Shown here piece after piece: positions 7,840-18,055 of a stretch of DNA of 64,000 nt. The position numbers and the translations under genes are program-made. Under the pieces are notes generated by a model. The model was not told the origin of the DNA and ran no database searches. It saw only the letters and a program-made list of their open reading frames with translations. The stretch comes from an uncultured virus (IMG/VR IMGVR_UViG_3300032323_002498). Lineage: Duplodnaviria; Heunggongvirae; Uroviricota; Caudoviricetes. The stretch lies in the IMG/VR virus record IMGVR_UViG_3300032323_002498. One strand, written 5' to 3'. Position 1 is the first letter of the stretch, and every line of letters starts with the position of its first letter.

Positions 7840-9293
7840 TCCCTGACGACATCGAAGCGGACCGCCTGCGCCTTGAGTACCGACTCGCACAACTTAACTC
7901 GCAAGAGAAGGCCAGGAGCAGCTTCCTGGACTTCGTGCGCTACGTCTGGCCAAACGCGATCCTTGGTGAGCACCACGCGATCATGGCCAAGGCCTTCGAC
8001 CGCATCGCCGCTGGGTCCTTGAAGCGTTTGATCATCAACATGCCTCCCCGGCACACGAAGTCTGAATTCGCGTCCTACCTCTTGCCGGCGTACCTCATGG
8101 GCCGTGATCCGAGCACCAAGGCCATTGAAGCAACGCACAACAGCGAGCTCGCCGTGCGCTTTGGCCGCAAGGTGCGTGACCTGATGGACATGGACACCTA
8201 CAAGGAGGTGTTCCCTGATGTGACCTTGAAGCAGGACTCGAAGGCTGCCGGCCGGTGGGACACGAACAAGGGCGGGGAATACTTTGCTGTTGGCGTGGGC
8301 GGTGCGATGACAGGTCGTGGTGCGAACGTCTTGATCATTGACGATCCGCACTCGGAGCAGGACGCGATGAGTGAGCTTGCTTTGGACAACGCCTGGGAGT
8401 GGTACATCTCTGGCCCGCGCACGCGTTTGCAGCCAGGCGGTGCGATCGTGATCGTGATGACGCGCTGGGGGACAAAAGACCTGACAGCGCGCTTACTCAA
8501 GGCGCAAAAATCACGGAACGCGGACCAGTGGGAGGTGATTGAGTTCCCGGCCATCATGCCGAGCGGCAAACCCCTCTGGCCAGGCTTTTGGAAGATCGAA
8601 GAACTCGAGGGCGTGAAAGCCACTTTGTCGGTGCAAAAGTGGAACGCGATGTACCAGCAGCAGCCCACGAACGACGAGGGCGCGATCCTGAAGAGGGAGT
8701 GGTGGCGCGTGTGGCCACACGACGATCCGCCGGTGGTGAACTACATCATCCAGTCCATGGACACGGCCTACTCCAAGAAGGAGACGGCTGACTTCTCTGT
8801 CATCACGACCTGGGGCGTGTTTTACCTGAACGAGGACTCGGGGGCGTCCATCATCTTGCTTGACGTCAAGCGCGGGAGGTGGGACTTCCCAGAGCTCAAA
8901 CGGATTGCGAAGGAGCAGTACGATCACTGGCAGCCGGACAACGTGCTGATTGAGGCGAAGGCCACGGGCACGCCGCTACAGCAGGAACTGCGCAGGATGA
9001 GCATCCCTGTGACGATGTACTCGCCCGGTGGCCGCAGGTCGGGCACGGACAAGATCGCGCGGGCCAACGCCGTGGCCCCTGTGTTCGAGGCGGGCATGGT
9101 CTGGGCCCCGGACACGGAGTGGGCTGAGCTTCTTGTTGAAGAGTGCGCGGCGTTCCCGAACGGCGACAACGACGACATGGTCGACAGCACCACCATGGCC
9201 ATGGACAGATTCCGGCGCGGCAACTTCATCAGCCTGGCCACCGACGACAACGAAGAAAGCGAAAAGCGGGAGCTTGTGCCGGAGTACTATTGA
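7836..9293 (+). CDS. terL: terminase large subunit
   Basis: Walker A INMPPRHTKS, Walker B LIIDDPH, nuclease DTAY...DFS and DDMVD. Confidence 0.97.
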   Translation: MIPDDIEADRLRLEYRLAQLNSQEKARSSFLDFVRYVWPNAILGEHHAIMAKAFDRIAAGSLKRLIINMPPRHTKSEFASYLLPAYLMGRDPSTKAIEATHNSELAVRFGRKVRDLMDMDTYKEVFPDVTLKQDSKAAGRWDTNKGGEYFAVGVGGAMTGRGANVLIIDDPHSEQDAMSELALDNAWEWYISGPRTRLQPGGAIVIVMTRWGTKDLTARLLKAQKSRNADQWEVIEFPAIMPSGKPLWPGFWKIEELEGVKATLSVQKWNAMYQQQPTNDEGAILKREWWRVWPHDDPPVVNYIIQSMDTAYSKKETADFSVITTWGVFYLNEDSGASIILLDVKRGRWDFPELKRIAKEQYDHWQPDNVLIEAKATGTPLQQELRRMSIPVTMYSPGGRRSGTDKIARANAVAPVFEAGMVWAPDTEWAELLVEECAAFPNGDNDDMVDSTTMAMDRFRRGNFISLATDDNEESEKRELVPEYY

Positions 9294-9333
9294 GCCGTAA
9301 AATGTCGGCAACACACCGGATTAGGGAACCAGC

Positions 9334-12300
9334 ATGAGTAATGCAACAAACCAAGCGGCCAATACCCCTATATCGGAGGAAGAGTTCCGCGCGCTTGTAA
9401 GAGCTAATCCTGGTTTTTCCGAAGCGCAGATTCGCCAGGCATTGATTTCTCAGGGGCGCACTTTTTCCGCAGCGCCGCCTCCGCCTGTAGCCTCCCCCAT
9501 GCCCCTGTCGGAAGAAGAGTTCCGCGCACGAGTAAGCGCTAATCCAGGTTTTTCCGAAGCGCAGGTTCGCGAAGCATTGATCTCTCAGGGGTTTACTCCC
9601 CCTGCCCCAACGGCAGTAGCCCCAGCCGCTGGAACAGCCAGAGCCGATTTAAATGCCCTTACTGCCCCAGCGGCGGTGACCCCACCAGCGGCCACTCCAG
9701 TGGCGGTCCGCCCGCCCGAGACTCCCCAGCAAACGGAAGCTGACCGTCGTGCGGCTATGCAGAAAGAGGAGGCTGACCGTCGTGCGGCTATGCAGAAAGA
9801 GGAAGCTGACCGTCGTGCCGCCGCTCAAAGAGAGGAAGCCGCGCGCCGCGCAGCTTTGACAAGCCGCCCACCAGCGGCCTCTTCGTCTAGTGCTCCAAAG
9901 GCGGCAGCTCCTGTGATGCGTGGGACAACGTCTGCGCCTTCGCCTTTCAGTGCTCCAAAGGCGGCAGCTCCTGTGATGCGCGGGACAACGTCTGCGCCTT
10001 CGCCTTTCAGTGCTCCAAAGGCGGCAGCTCCTGTGATGCGCGGGACAACAACCAGCTCCCGGTCGAGCTTTACCCCTGCGACAAACCGCAGCACGTTCAA
10101 GCCAAACCCTCCCTTGTACGCTTCCCCTTCGCGCGTGGTAACGCCTTCGACCTCTGTGCGCCCTGGCGCTGTTTCGACACGTTCTTCGGCCTCAATGCCT
10201 TCGATGTTTGACCGGCTATTGGCGAGCAGTGTGGCCTCTGCGCCAGCCGCTCTATCGGCCAGAGAAGACTTTGCAGCCCTGGACTTACAAGACGCTGCTG
10301 GTAATGCCGCTGCAAGCAATGCACAAGCCTTGGCGGACGCCGTCGCTGCGGGGGACATCTCACAGGCAGACGCTGCAGCTGCTCTTGGCGGCGGTACTGC
10401 CCAGGGCGATCTGGCCGCGCTGGTCGGCGGCAGTGTTGTGCCAGGCCTCGGCTCAGATGTTCTCCCTGGCCTTGGCGCAGACATCGTCTTTGGACCAGCT
10501 GACGGGGCAGCCCGCGAGGCGTTGAATGCGCTTGACGGCGGGGCTCCCTCCACCGTCGCAGGCGATGGGGCCATTGCCTCGGGCGGCTCTCCGTCCCTTG
10601 GCGGCGCTTCGGCAGCGGAAGACTTTGCGGAGCTGGACAGACGGGACGCAGCCGAAAACGCCCGCGCTGATGCCGAGGCAGGCTTCAGCGGTGACAGCAG
10701 TTTCCCTGCCATCGGCAGCGGGGACGGCTTCCCTGCGCTTGCAGGCTCGGCCGCAAGCGATCTTGCAGCTTTGACCACCGGTGCCACCCTTCCTGGCCAA
10801 GTGAATGCCACGACTCCTGGAGCCACTCTCCCCGGCCAGGTAAACGCAAACATCGCCCCGCCAGCTGTGACAACGCCGCCAGCCGTGCCCCCAGCCGTGA
10901 CACCACCACCGGTCGTACCCGAGGTAGTAGCCGCCCCTCCAGTGGCCCCCACGGTCGCGCCTCCCGTAGTAGCGGCTGCCCCTGCGGCTCCTGCAGCTGT
11001 AACGCCTCCTCCAGTTGCGCCACCCACCACACCTGCTCCTACGACGAGCGCTCCAGCCGTCTCGAACGAGGAGATGCGCAGGCTTTTAAATGCCAACCCC
11101 GGGTTTACCGAACAGCAAATCCGTGATGCATTGACACCGCCTGCAGCTCCGCCCGTAGCGCCTCCTGCACCAACTCCCGCATCTCCTACGGCCGTGCCTC
11201 CCGTGGTGACTGCAGCGCCTCCTGTGAACGAGATCAACATTCCGATCCGGCTTCCCGTGACGCCAACGCCGTTCACACCTACGGTCATGCAGCCAAGGCA
11301 GCCGACCCCTGCGATGCCCACGTCACTCCCACCAGGGTCCGTGGCCCCCGCACCATTCACCTTGCGCTCAGGCCCGAACGCCTTTGAGGACGAGGTGCTT
11401 AAGCGTGGGGTGGTCGGAATCAATCCACCTGACATGCGCGGACCTTCCGGGCTTATCCTGCCTGCGCCTCAAGGAAGGATGAGAAACAGCGGTGGCCTGG
11501 ACCCTCACACCTTGGGCAGCTACAAACAGCTGTCGAACGCCTTTGGCACAACGACCGACCGCATGGGCAATGTGGTCGCTGGCGCGACTCTGCCTACAGC
11601 GGACGAGGTAAGGCAGGGTCAGCTGACCGCTCGAATCGCAGGCCAGAACGCGCAGCTCTCAGACGTCCTTGGCACTCGCACCGATCGCCTTGGCAACGTA
11701 GTCGCGGCCCCGGCCATGCCTGCGTTCTTCAAGGACGGCGGAGAGGTCACGGGCAGCGCCTCGCTTGACGAGTACCTGCAGCAGCAGATGGGCAGTGGCC
11801 AGGACTCGGGCGCAGCCCTTTTTGACAATGCACAAAGACTCCTGGCTGACGTCACTGAGGCCAGCCCGGTCGAGCCGATGCGCCGCTCCGTCAAGCGCAC
11901 TTCACGGGGCTCGGGCGGTGAGACAAAGACCGACAAGAACATGTCGCTCAAGATGCCTTCTTTGTCGGCATCCAAGAGCATGACCTTCAGCCCACAGAGC
12001 GCGCAAGAGGCAGCTGAGACCAAGAACATGGGCACTGCCCGTGAGCAAATGGAAGAGCTTGCCCGCGTGTACCAGCTCAGGATCAACGCAGCCAAAAACA
12101 AGGCCCGTGGCCTGTCGGCCGACGTCTTCGGCGCGCCCACCCTTGAAGGCCAGACCCTTGTCAAGAAGAGCTTGAGCAGACGCAGCTTTGCCAAGGGCGG
12201 ATTTGTCAGCGTGCTGGAAAAGGGCGACATGTCCAGCCCTGCTTACAGGGCGCAGCTTGAACGTGAACAGGGCCTTGAAGGTTCGTATCCAGAGATGATT

Positions 12301-14694
12301 GCTGCACCTTTGGTTAAGGGTGCTGTGGGCGCAGCGCGTGCGGGGCTTGACCGTCTCTTGGCCAGCCGTGCGCCGGGGAAGTTCACGGATTTGGACAATG
12401 CCCGTCGGGATGCGGCGTTTAGGACATTGACGGAAAGGGAACGGGCGAAGTACCTCGGCTCTGGCCAGCTGCCCGATGATTTTGCGGAGCGGATGAAAAA
12501 CGCATCGGCAATCGGTGCGAATGTGGGCAAGGCTCCATTCCCGACAACCGTGCCAAGCGCCGAGAAAAAACGGGCCAACTTGAAGGAGCATCTGGGCAAG
12601 ACGGTGCGTGATCCGTCTGCGCGCCGACTGCTGGTGGAGCTGGAAGCGCAAAACGAGCAGGCTGAAGAGCCCGAATACCGCGCCAAGGGCTCGCCTGAGG
12701 AGGGCGAGGTCTCGCAAGCAGAGCGTGACGCCGCAAGCCGTCCAGCCTTTGTAACGCCCAAGTCCGGCATCGGCCGCAAGTCTTCTACAAAGGCGGGCGA
12801 GCTGGAAGCGGCTGCACTGCAGGGCATTTCTGAGACCCCATATAACCTCTTGGGCGCGCCGGTTGATTTGCTCACCATGGCCATGCGCCCGCTTGGCTAC
12901 AACGTGGAAGCGCCGATGCTGGGCTCGGAGGACTTAAAGCGCCGCGCTACCAGGGCAGGCATCCGCCAGGAGCCGCCTAAGGAAGGCACAGCAGCTCGCG
13001 CCTTGTTCAATCTGGCTGAGATCGGCTCGAGCGCCGTGAACCCTGCCGCACCTGTGCGTGCCGGTGTTAAGGCGGCCAAGGCCGTGGGCGACAAGGCCGC
13101 TGACGTGGCCAAGGACTTCCAAGAGTACAACCGCCAGCTGAACGTGCCTGGCGCGTCGTACGTTTCCCGTGCACCTGGCGGCTACTTCCCAACATCGCGC
13201 AGCACAGAAGGCGGCATCTTGTCCAACCTGGACAAGGCGTTTGACCCGATCCTCAAAGAAATCCGCAACATTGACGATCCTGAAAAGCGTCAGGCGTTGA
13301 CCATGTTGTTCAACCAAAAGGCCAAGGACTTCTTCACCAAGCAGGCCGGCAGTGTTGACGACCCGTTGCGCAAAGACATTTTGTCTGGTGCGTTGAAGTT
13401 TGAGCGAAGCACGCCTATGGGGGATACCTTCCCGCAAGCTCTGCAAAAGGGCGTGGCGCAGGGTGACTTGGAATCCTTACGCCTGCTTGAGAAAGCGTAT
13501 GACGAGATGCTAGGCATGCAGTCCACTGTCCCCCGACGCGTGGGCACTGACGAGGTTGAGGGAGTCATGCAGTCCCAGATCATGGCCAACATACAGGCCA
13601 ACCTGGACAAAATCCCTGACGCCCAACTACTGGCTTACGCCGGTAGGAAACCAGGTCAAGGCCCGACAGGCGTGGCCGATGTCGCTGCCCAGATACGCCA
13701 GAAGATCAAGGACAACCCGACGCTGTTCTCCACGGTCCTTGAACCACGGATCGCGGAAACATTGTTCGTCAACAGCCGCAACGTCTCAGACTCCGACATG
13801 GCGCGCTATCCCAGCCTGTACGGCTCCCCGGCTGTAGAAGCCATGGTGACGCCAGGTGGACGCCAGCCCGACTATGGCGAGGCCGTTGATGCCGGATATT
13901 TCTTGCCGGAGATGCAGGTAGCGATTGACAAGGGACAGCCTATCCAAGACATCCGCTCAGATTACGTGCGCATGCTAGGCTTGGGTCCCACCCAGATGCT
14001 GCGTCAAGCAGAACAAATGGACCCTGATGAGCTCAATCAAATGGGCTTTCCGGACTTTCTTAAGAAAGCGTATGCGAACACCCAGCAGGTGGACCGGTTT
14101 GAGAAATCAATCCCGCTGGTTAAGAAGGCTATTGAAGCAGGAAAGGTCCCGCCCGCAGACATCATGACCTTTGGCGTTAAAGACTTCCTGCCCGCAGGAG
14201 ATGACTTTCGATGGGTTAAGGTAGTCAAGCCGGACGGCGTTCGCGCAATTGCCGCAGGCATGAACAACTCGGTGGCAGGTTATGCCAAGTCCACCACCTA
14301 CGGCAGCCTGAAAAAGGGCCGTGCGGCGTTGGACAGTGGCGAGGCCGAGGTGTACTCGCTGTACGACAATAACAATGTGCCCCACGTCACGGTGGAGTAT
14401 TTGACCGCCAAGCCCGGTGTCCCTGACGCAAAGAAAAACACCATTGCACAGCTCACCGGCAACGGTCCGTTGACTGCTAATGCCACTCCTGAAAATTATG
14501 CACCGCAGATAGTTGATTTGTTGAATAATCTACGTCCAAACAGCATGCCTCCTACCATTAAGAAATTGCTTGAAGACACGGGTCAGAAAGTGTTTTTAGA
14601 TGAAGAGGTTTTGGCCCCTTTGTATTTTGGGGTGCCAATTCAAGCGCTGAGGCAGGCGGACGACAATCTTTTACGGCAACTTGACGCGCAATAA
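9334..14694 (+). CDS. giant low-complexity/polyvalent protein with a C-terminal PcfJ-like domain (putative virion-internal)
   Basis: 1786-aa ORF between terL and portal; Pro/Ala tracts, internal repeats; C-terminal M.NSV.GY...G...VYSL.D....PHVTVE...I.Q..G. Confidence 0.65.
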   Translation: MSNATNQAANTPISEEEFRALVRANPGFSEAQIRQALISQGRTFSAAPPPPVASPMPLSEEEFRARVSANPGFSEAQVREALISQGFTPPAPTAVAPAAGTARADLNALTAPAAVTPPAATPVAVRPPETPQQTEADRRAAMQKEEADRRAAMQKEEADRRAAAQREEAARRAALTSRPPAASSSSAPKAAAPVMRGTTSAPSPFSAPKAAAPVMRGTTSAPSPFSAPKAAAPVMRGTTTSSRSSFTPATNRSTFKPNPPLYASPSRVVTPSTSVRPGAVSTRSSASMPSMFDRLLASSVASAPAALSAREDFAALDLQDAAGNAAASNAQALADAVAAGDISQADAAAALGGGTAQGDLAALVGGSVVPGLGSDVLPGLGADIVFGPADGAAREALNALDGGAPSTVAGDGAIASGGSPSLGGASAAEDFAELDRRDAAENARADAEAGFSGDSSFPAIGSGDGFPALAGSAASDLAALTTGATLPGQVNATTPGATLPGQVNANIAPPAVTTPPAVPPAVTPPPVVPEVVAAPPVAPTVAPPVVAAAPAAPAAVTPPPVAPPTTPAPTTSAPAVSNEEMRRLLNANPGFTEQQIRDALTPPAAPPVAPPAPTPASPTAVPPVVTAAPPVNEINIPIRLPVTPTPFTPTVMQPRQPTPAMPTSLPPGSVAPAPFTLRSGPNAFEDEVLKRGVVGINPPDMRGPSGLILPAPQGRMRNSGGLDPHTLGSYKQLSNAFGTTTDRMGNVVAGATLPTADEVRQGQLTARIAGQNAQLSDVLGTRTDRLGNVVAAPAMPAFFKDGGEVTGSASLDEYLQQQMGSGQDSGAALFDNAQRLLADVTEASPVEPMRRSVKRTSRGSGGETKTDKNMSLKMPSLSASKSMTFSPQSAQEAAETKNMGTAREQMEELARVYQLRINAAKNKARGLSADVFGAPTLEGQTLVKKSLSRRSFAKGGFVSVLEKGDMSSPAYRAQLEREQGLEGSYPEMIAAPLVKGAVGAARAGLDRLLASRAPGKFTDLDNARRDAAFRTLTERERAKYLGSGQLPDDFAERMKNASAIGANVGKAPFPTTVPSAEKKRANLKEHLGKTVRDPSARRLLVELEAQNEQAEEPEYRAKGSPEEGEVSQAERDAASRPAFVTPKSGIGRKSSTKAGELEAAALQGISETPYNLLGAPVDLLTMAMRPLGYNVEAPMLGSEDLKRRATRAGIRQEPPKEGTAARALFNLAEIGSSAVNPAAPVRAGVKAAKAVGDKAADVAKDFQEYNRQLNVPGASYVSRAPGGYFPTSRSTEGGILSNLDKAFDPILKEIRNIDDPEKRQALTMLFNQKAKDFFTKQAGSVDDPLRKDILSGALKFERSTPMGDTFPQALQKGVAQGDLESLRLLEKAYDEMLGMQSTVPRRVGTDEVEGVMQSQIMANIQANLDKIPDAQLLAYAGRKPGQGPTGVADVAAQIRQKIKDNPTLFSTVLEPRIAETLFVNSRNVSDSDMARYPSLYGSPAVEAMVTPGGRQPDYGEAVDAGYFLPEMQVAIDKGQPIQDIRSDYVRMLGLGPTQMLRQAEQMDPDELNQMGFPDFLKKAYANTQQVDRFEKSIPLVKKAIEAGKVPPADIMTFGVKDFLPAGDDFRWVKVVKPDGVRAIAAGMNNSVAGYAKSTTYGSLKKGRAALDSGEAEVYSLYDNNNVPHVTVEYLTAKPGVPDAKKNTIAQLTGNGPLTANATPENYAPQIVDLLNNLRPNSMPPTIKKLLEDTGQKVFLDEEVLAPLYFGVPIQALRQADDNLLRQLDAQ
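9736..9840 (+). repeat. 33-bp coding tandem repeat, about 3 copies (EADRRAAMQKE)
   Basis: GAAGCTGACCGTCGTGCGGCTATGCAGAAAGAG units. Confidence 0.9.
9889..10049 (+). repeat. 60-bp coding tandem repeat, about 2.7 copies (SAPKAAAPVMRGTTSAPSPF)
   Basis: Near-identical units starting 9889, 9949 and 10009. Confidence 0.95.
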
Positions 14695-14703
14695 GGAACA
14701 CAC

Positions 14704-17040
14704 ATGGCAATCGAAAAAGCAATGAACCAACTGCCCTCGCTTGAGGTGATCATCGGCGGCGGAGGCATCCCAGCGCCGCAGTCGGACATTGAGATCATCA
14801 TCGAAGAGGATGGCGGCGCGATTGTTGAGATGGGCGAGAAGGATGCCGAGGAGATTGACTTCTACGCCAACCTGGCCGAGGTCATTGAGCCGGATGTCTT
14901 GGCCCAGATCGGCATCGAAGTGTCCACTTTGTTCGAGGCAGACAAGGGTTCGCGCTCCGATTGGGAGCAGATGTACGCCAAGGGCCTTGATCTGCTGGGC
15001 TTTCGCATGGAAGAGCGCACCAAGCCCTTCCGTGGCGCGTCAGGCGCGACCCATCCAATGCTGACCGAGGCCATCATTCAGTTCCAGGCACAGGCCTTCA
15101 AGGAGCTCATGCCTGCTGGTGGCCCTGTTCGCAGCCAGATCATGGGCAAAGAGACGGTGGAAAAGTTCCAGCAAGCCGGTCGCGTGCAGGATTTCATGAA
15201 CTACCAGATCACCACGGTGATGGAAGAGTACACACCGGAGTTCGATCAGCAGCTTTTCTACACTGGCTACGGTGGTTCGACCTTCAAGAAGGTCTACTAC
15301 GACTACCAACTGGGCCGCATGGTGTCAAAACTGTGCCTGGCAGACGACGTTTACATCCCCTACAACGGCTCAAGCGTCGTGTCCCAATGCCCACGGCTCA
15401 CGCACCGTATTGCGATGGACGCCAACGAGTACAAAAAGCGCGCTTTGGCCGGCGAATACCTCGATATTTTCTTGGACACGTACGCCACGCCTGCCGATGC
15501 GAGCCAAATCCAGGAGGCAGTCGACAAAATCACTGGCATTCAGCCTACCGACGACATCGGCGAGGTGTTTTTGCTCGAGCAGTTGGTCGATTTGGACCTC
15601 AAAGGCTTTGAAGACAAGGACGAAGACGGCAATTTGACCGGCATCAAGCGCCCATACGTCGTCACACTGGCCGAAGACACGCTCAAGGTGGTCGGAATCC
15701 GTCGGAATTGGAAAGAAGACGACAAAAAATGCTGCCGCCGCAACTATTTTGTGCACTACGTGCTGGTCGAAGGGCCAGGAGCCTACGGTTTGGGCTTTGT
15801 GCACCTGATTGGAGGCCTCAGCAAGTCCGCTACAAGCGCCCTGCGCCAGCTGACAGACGCTGGAACGCTGTCTAACCTGCCTGCAGGCTTCAAAGCCAAG
15901 GGAGCGCGGATCGCGGACGACTCTGATCCGATCCAACCAGGCGAATGGCGCGACATTGACGCCGGTGGCGCGGAACTTTCTTCGTCTTTGCTGCCACTGC
16001 CGTACAAAGAGCCCAGCCAGGTGCTGTTTGCGCTGATGGGATTCCTGGTTGACTCGGGCAAACGCCTGTCCAGCACCGCCGACATGCAAGTTGGCGACGG
16101 CAACCAGTACGCACAGGTCGGAACGACGTTGGCGTTGCTCGAGCGTGGCTCCATGGTCATGTCCAGCATCCACAAACGCCTGCACTATGCGCAGACGCTG
16201 GAGTTCCGCTTGCTGTTCGAGGGCTTCAGCCAGTATCTGCCCGACGAGTACCCCTACGACGTGCCTGGGGCCAGCCGCAAGATCAAGAAAAGGGACTTTG
16301 ACTCGATGGTGTCGGTCCAACCTGTGGCTGACCCCAACATCTTCAGCTCTGCCCAGCGTATCCAGCTCGCGCAGATGCAACTGCAGCTTGCACAGAGCGC
16401 CCCGAACATGCACAACATGTACGAGGCCTACTACCGCATGTATGCAGCGCTGAACGTCCGCGACATCGACGGCGTGCTGCTGCCGCAGAACACCAACACG
16501 CCTCGCGATCCAGCGTCCGAGAACAGCGACGTGCTCAACGGCATGAAGTTGAAGGCCTTTGCCGGCCAGCAGCACGACGCGCACATCGCATCGCACTTGA
16601 TGATGGGCCTGTCGCCCATTTTGCAGGCCAACCCACTGGCTGCAACCGAGCTGCAAAAGCACATCCTCGAGCACGTGCGCCTGCGCGCGGAAGAGGACGT
16701 CGAAGCCGACCTGTTCAAGGCCTACGGCACCGATCCGGACCGCCTGGTCTCTGCCATCCAGAAGGAAGGCATGGTCGCCATCCGCATTGCAACGGGCATC
16801 AAGGAAGTGCGCGACATGCAAGAGGCTCTTGCAGGCGGCGAGGGCCCTGATCCGCTGGTGCAGCTCAAGGAGAAAGAGATTGCCCAGCGTGCACAGGCCG
16901 ACCAGGCGCGCATCAACATCGATCAGCAGCGCTTGGCGCTGGATCAGCAAAAGTCGCAAGAGACCAACCAGATCAACCGGCAGAAGCTGCAATTGCAGCG
17001 GGCCAAGCTCAACCAACCAGGAGGCCAATATGCCGCTTAA
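14704..17040 (+). CDS. portal protein
   Basis: 778 aa; Y..G.DLLG...HP.L.EA...FQA, GSTFKKVYYD, YGLG..HLIGGL, coiled-coil C-terminus; position in the head module. Confidence 0.88.
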   Translation: MAIEKAMNQLPSLEVIIGGGGIPAPQSDIEIIIEEDGGAIVEMGEKDAEEIDFYANLAEVIEPDVLAQIGIEVSTLFEADKGSRSDWEQMYAKGLDLLGFRMEERTKPFRGASGATHPMLTEAIIQFQAQAFKELMPAGGPVRSQIMGKETVEKFQQAGRVQDFMNYQITTVMEEYTPEFDQQLFYTGYGGSTFKKVYYDYQLGRMVSKLCLADDVYIPYNGSSVVSQCPRLTHRIAMDANEYKKRALAGEYLDIFLDTYATPADASQIQEAVDKITGIQPTDDIGEVFLLEQLVDLDLKGFEDKDEDGNLTGIKRPYVVTLAEDTLKVVGIRRNWKEDDKKCCRRNYFVHYVLVEGPGAYGLGFVHLIGGLSKSATSALRQLTDAGTLSNLPAGFKAKGARIADDSDPIQPGEWRDIDAGGAELSSSLLPLPYKEPSQVLFALMGFLVDSGKRLSSTADMQVGDGNQYAQVGTTLALLERGSMVMSSIHKRLHYAQTLEFRLLFEGFSQYLPDEYPYDVPGASRKIKKRDFDSMVSVQPVADPNIFSSAQRIQLAQMQLQLAQSAPNMHNMYEAYYRMYAALNVRDIDGVLLPQNTNTPRDPASENSDVLNGMKLKAFAGQQHDAHIASHLMMGLSPILQANPLAATELQKHILEHVRLRAEEDVEADLFKAYGTDPDRLVSAIQKEGMVAIRIATGIKEVRDMQEALAGGEGPDPLVQLKEKEIAQRAQADQARINIDQQRLALDQQKSQETNQINRQKLQLQRAKLNQPGGQYAA

Positions 17041-17296
17041 AAGAGGTTCCAGCCAAAAGACGATCAGCTCCAACATCGGAGAGATCGTTCGCGACTACAA
17101 GAAGGACGGCATGATCGGCACCAGCAAGCCAAAGAGCAAAGCCGCTGCCGTGAAGCAGGCCGCTGCGATCGCGTACGACAAAGCCGGCAAAACCAAGATG
17201 GCCAAGGGCGGTGCGGTGAAAACCCCAAAAGGTGTGCAAGGCCCTGCAATGATTGTGAAGAAAAAGGACGGAAACCGTCCAGTTAAGATATACTGA
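17030..17296 (+). CDS. small basic virion-associated protein
   Basis: MPLKRGSSQKTISSNI...KQAAAIA motif; GGAGG RBS. Confidence 0.75.
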   Translation: MPLKRGSSQKTISSNIGEIVRDYKKDGMIGTSKPKSKAAAVKQAAAIAYDKAGKTKMAKGGAVKTPKGVQGPAMIVKKKDGNRPVKIY

Positions 17297-17314
17297 TTCG
17301 TGAGTGAGTGCTAT

Positions 17315-17342
17315 CAGACGGAGCCTTGTACCGTCTGCTTTT
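17315..17342 (+). terminator. hairpin with a short U tract (weak terminator or regulatory stem)
   Basis: CAGACGG-9 nt-CCGTCTG then CTTTT. Confidence 0.4.
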
Positions 17343-17355
17343 CATGGAAATCACC

Positions 17356-17559
17356 ATGCTCGAATTTGCAGAAGCAGTTCTGAAGGAAATCAGGAAACTC
17401 CAGGATCAATCCAAGCAGATTGTCCTGAACGGAACCATCACAGACATGGAGCGCTACCGCTTCATGATGGGTCGCCTTGAGGGTTTGAGAATGGTTGAAG
17501 ACTCCGTGAAAGACTTGCTCAAAAAGGTCACGGACGATGTCGACGATTTTCTCAAGTGA
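17356..17559 (+). CDS. small helical head-module protein
   Basis: Y....G...GL pattern; lies between portal and GroES. Confidence 0.7.
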   Translation: MLEFAEAVLKEIRKLQDQSKQIVLNGTITDMERYRFMMGRLEGLRMVEDSVKDLLKKVTDDVDDFLK

Positions 17560-17569
17560 AAGGAAGACC

Positions 17570-18043
17570 ATGGAAACCGCAGCAGTACCTGAAATCAACA
17601 TGACCGCCTTGGAGCGTAAGTGGGCAGAGGAGGCAGCCAACAAGCAGCCGGTCCTCGAAGACGCTTACACCGAGCTCGGGTTTGACCCCGAGAAGCTCGA
17701 CCAGTCGGTTATCGACACCATTCCAAAACCTACCGGGTGGCGCATTGCCATCCTGCCCTATCGCGGCGCGGAGAAGACCAAAGGCGGCATCGTCTTGGCC
17801 GAGGAAACGCAGCGCAGGACGCAGCTTGGCACTACGTGCGGCTACGTCTTGAAAGTGGGCGACTTGGCCTATGCCGACGAGAGCAAGTTTCCCGCCGGAC
17901 CATGGTGCAAGCAAGGTGACTGGATCATCTTCGGCCGATATGCGGGTGCTCGCATCCCAATCGACGGCGGTGAGATTCGTTTGTTGAACGACGACGAAGT
18001 TTTGGCTGTCGTGAACAGTCCCGAAGACATTCTGCACATGTAA
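17570..18043 (+). CDS. groES: GroES-like co-chaperonin
   Basis: P.GWRI....EKTKGGIVL, V.KVG, GD..IF.RYAG....DG.E..LLNDDEVLAVV. Confidence 0.9.
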   Translation: METAAVPEINMTALERKWAEEAANKQPVLEDAYTELGFDPEKLDQSVIDTIPKPTGWRIAILPYRGAEKTKGGIVLAEETQRRTQLGTTCGYVLKVGDLAYADESKFPAGPWCKQGDWIIFGRYAGARIPIDGGEIRLLNDDEVLAVVNSPEDILHM

Positions 18044-18055
18044 AGGAGCGATAGT

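Noticed and set aside
9736..10049. 33-bp and 60-bp direct repeats as a possible CRISPR array
   Set aside because: Head-to-tail units with no unique spacers, in frame within a CDS, and no cas operon
15370..17076. Long antisense ORFs (also 9825-11435, 41263-42735, 45784-47289, 48496-49536, 54841-56442)
   Set aside because: Shadow frames of GC-rich genes with strong codon bias; no recognisable motifs
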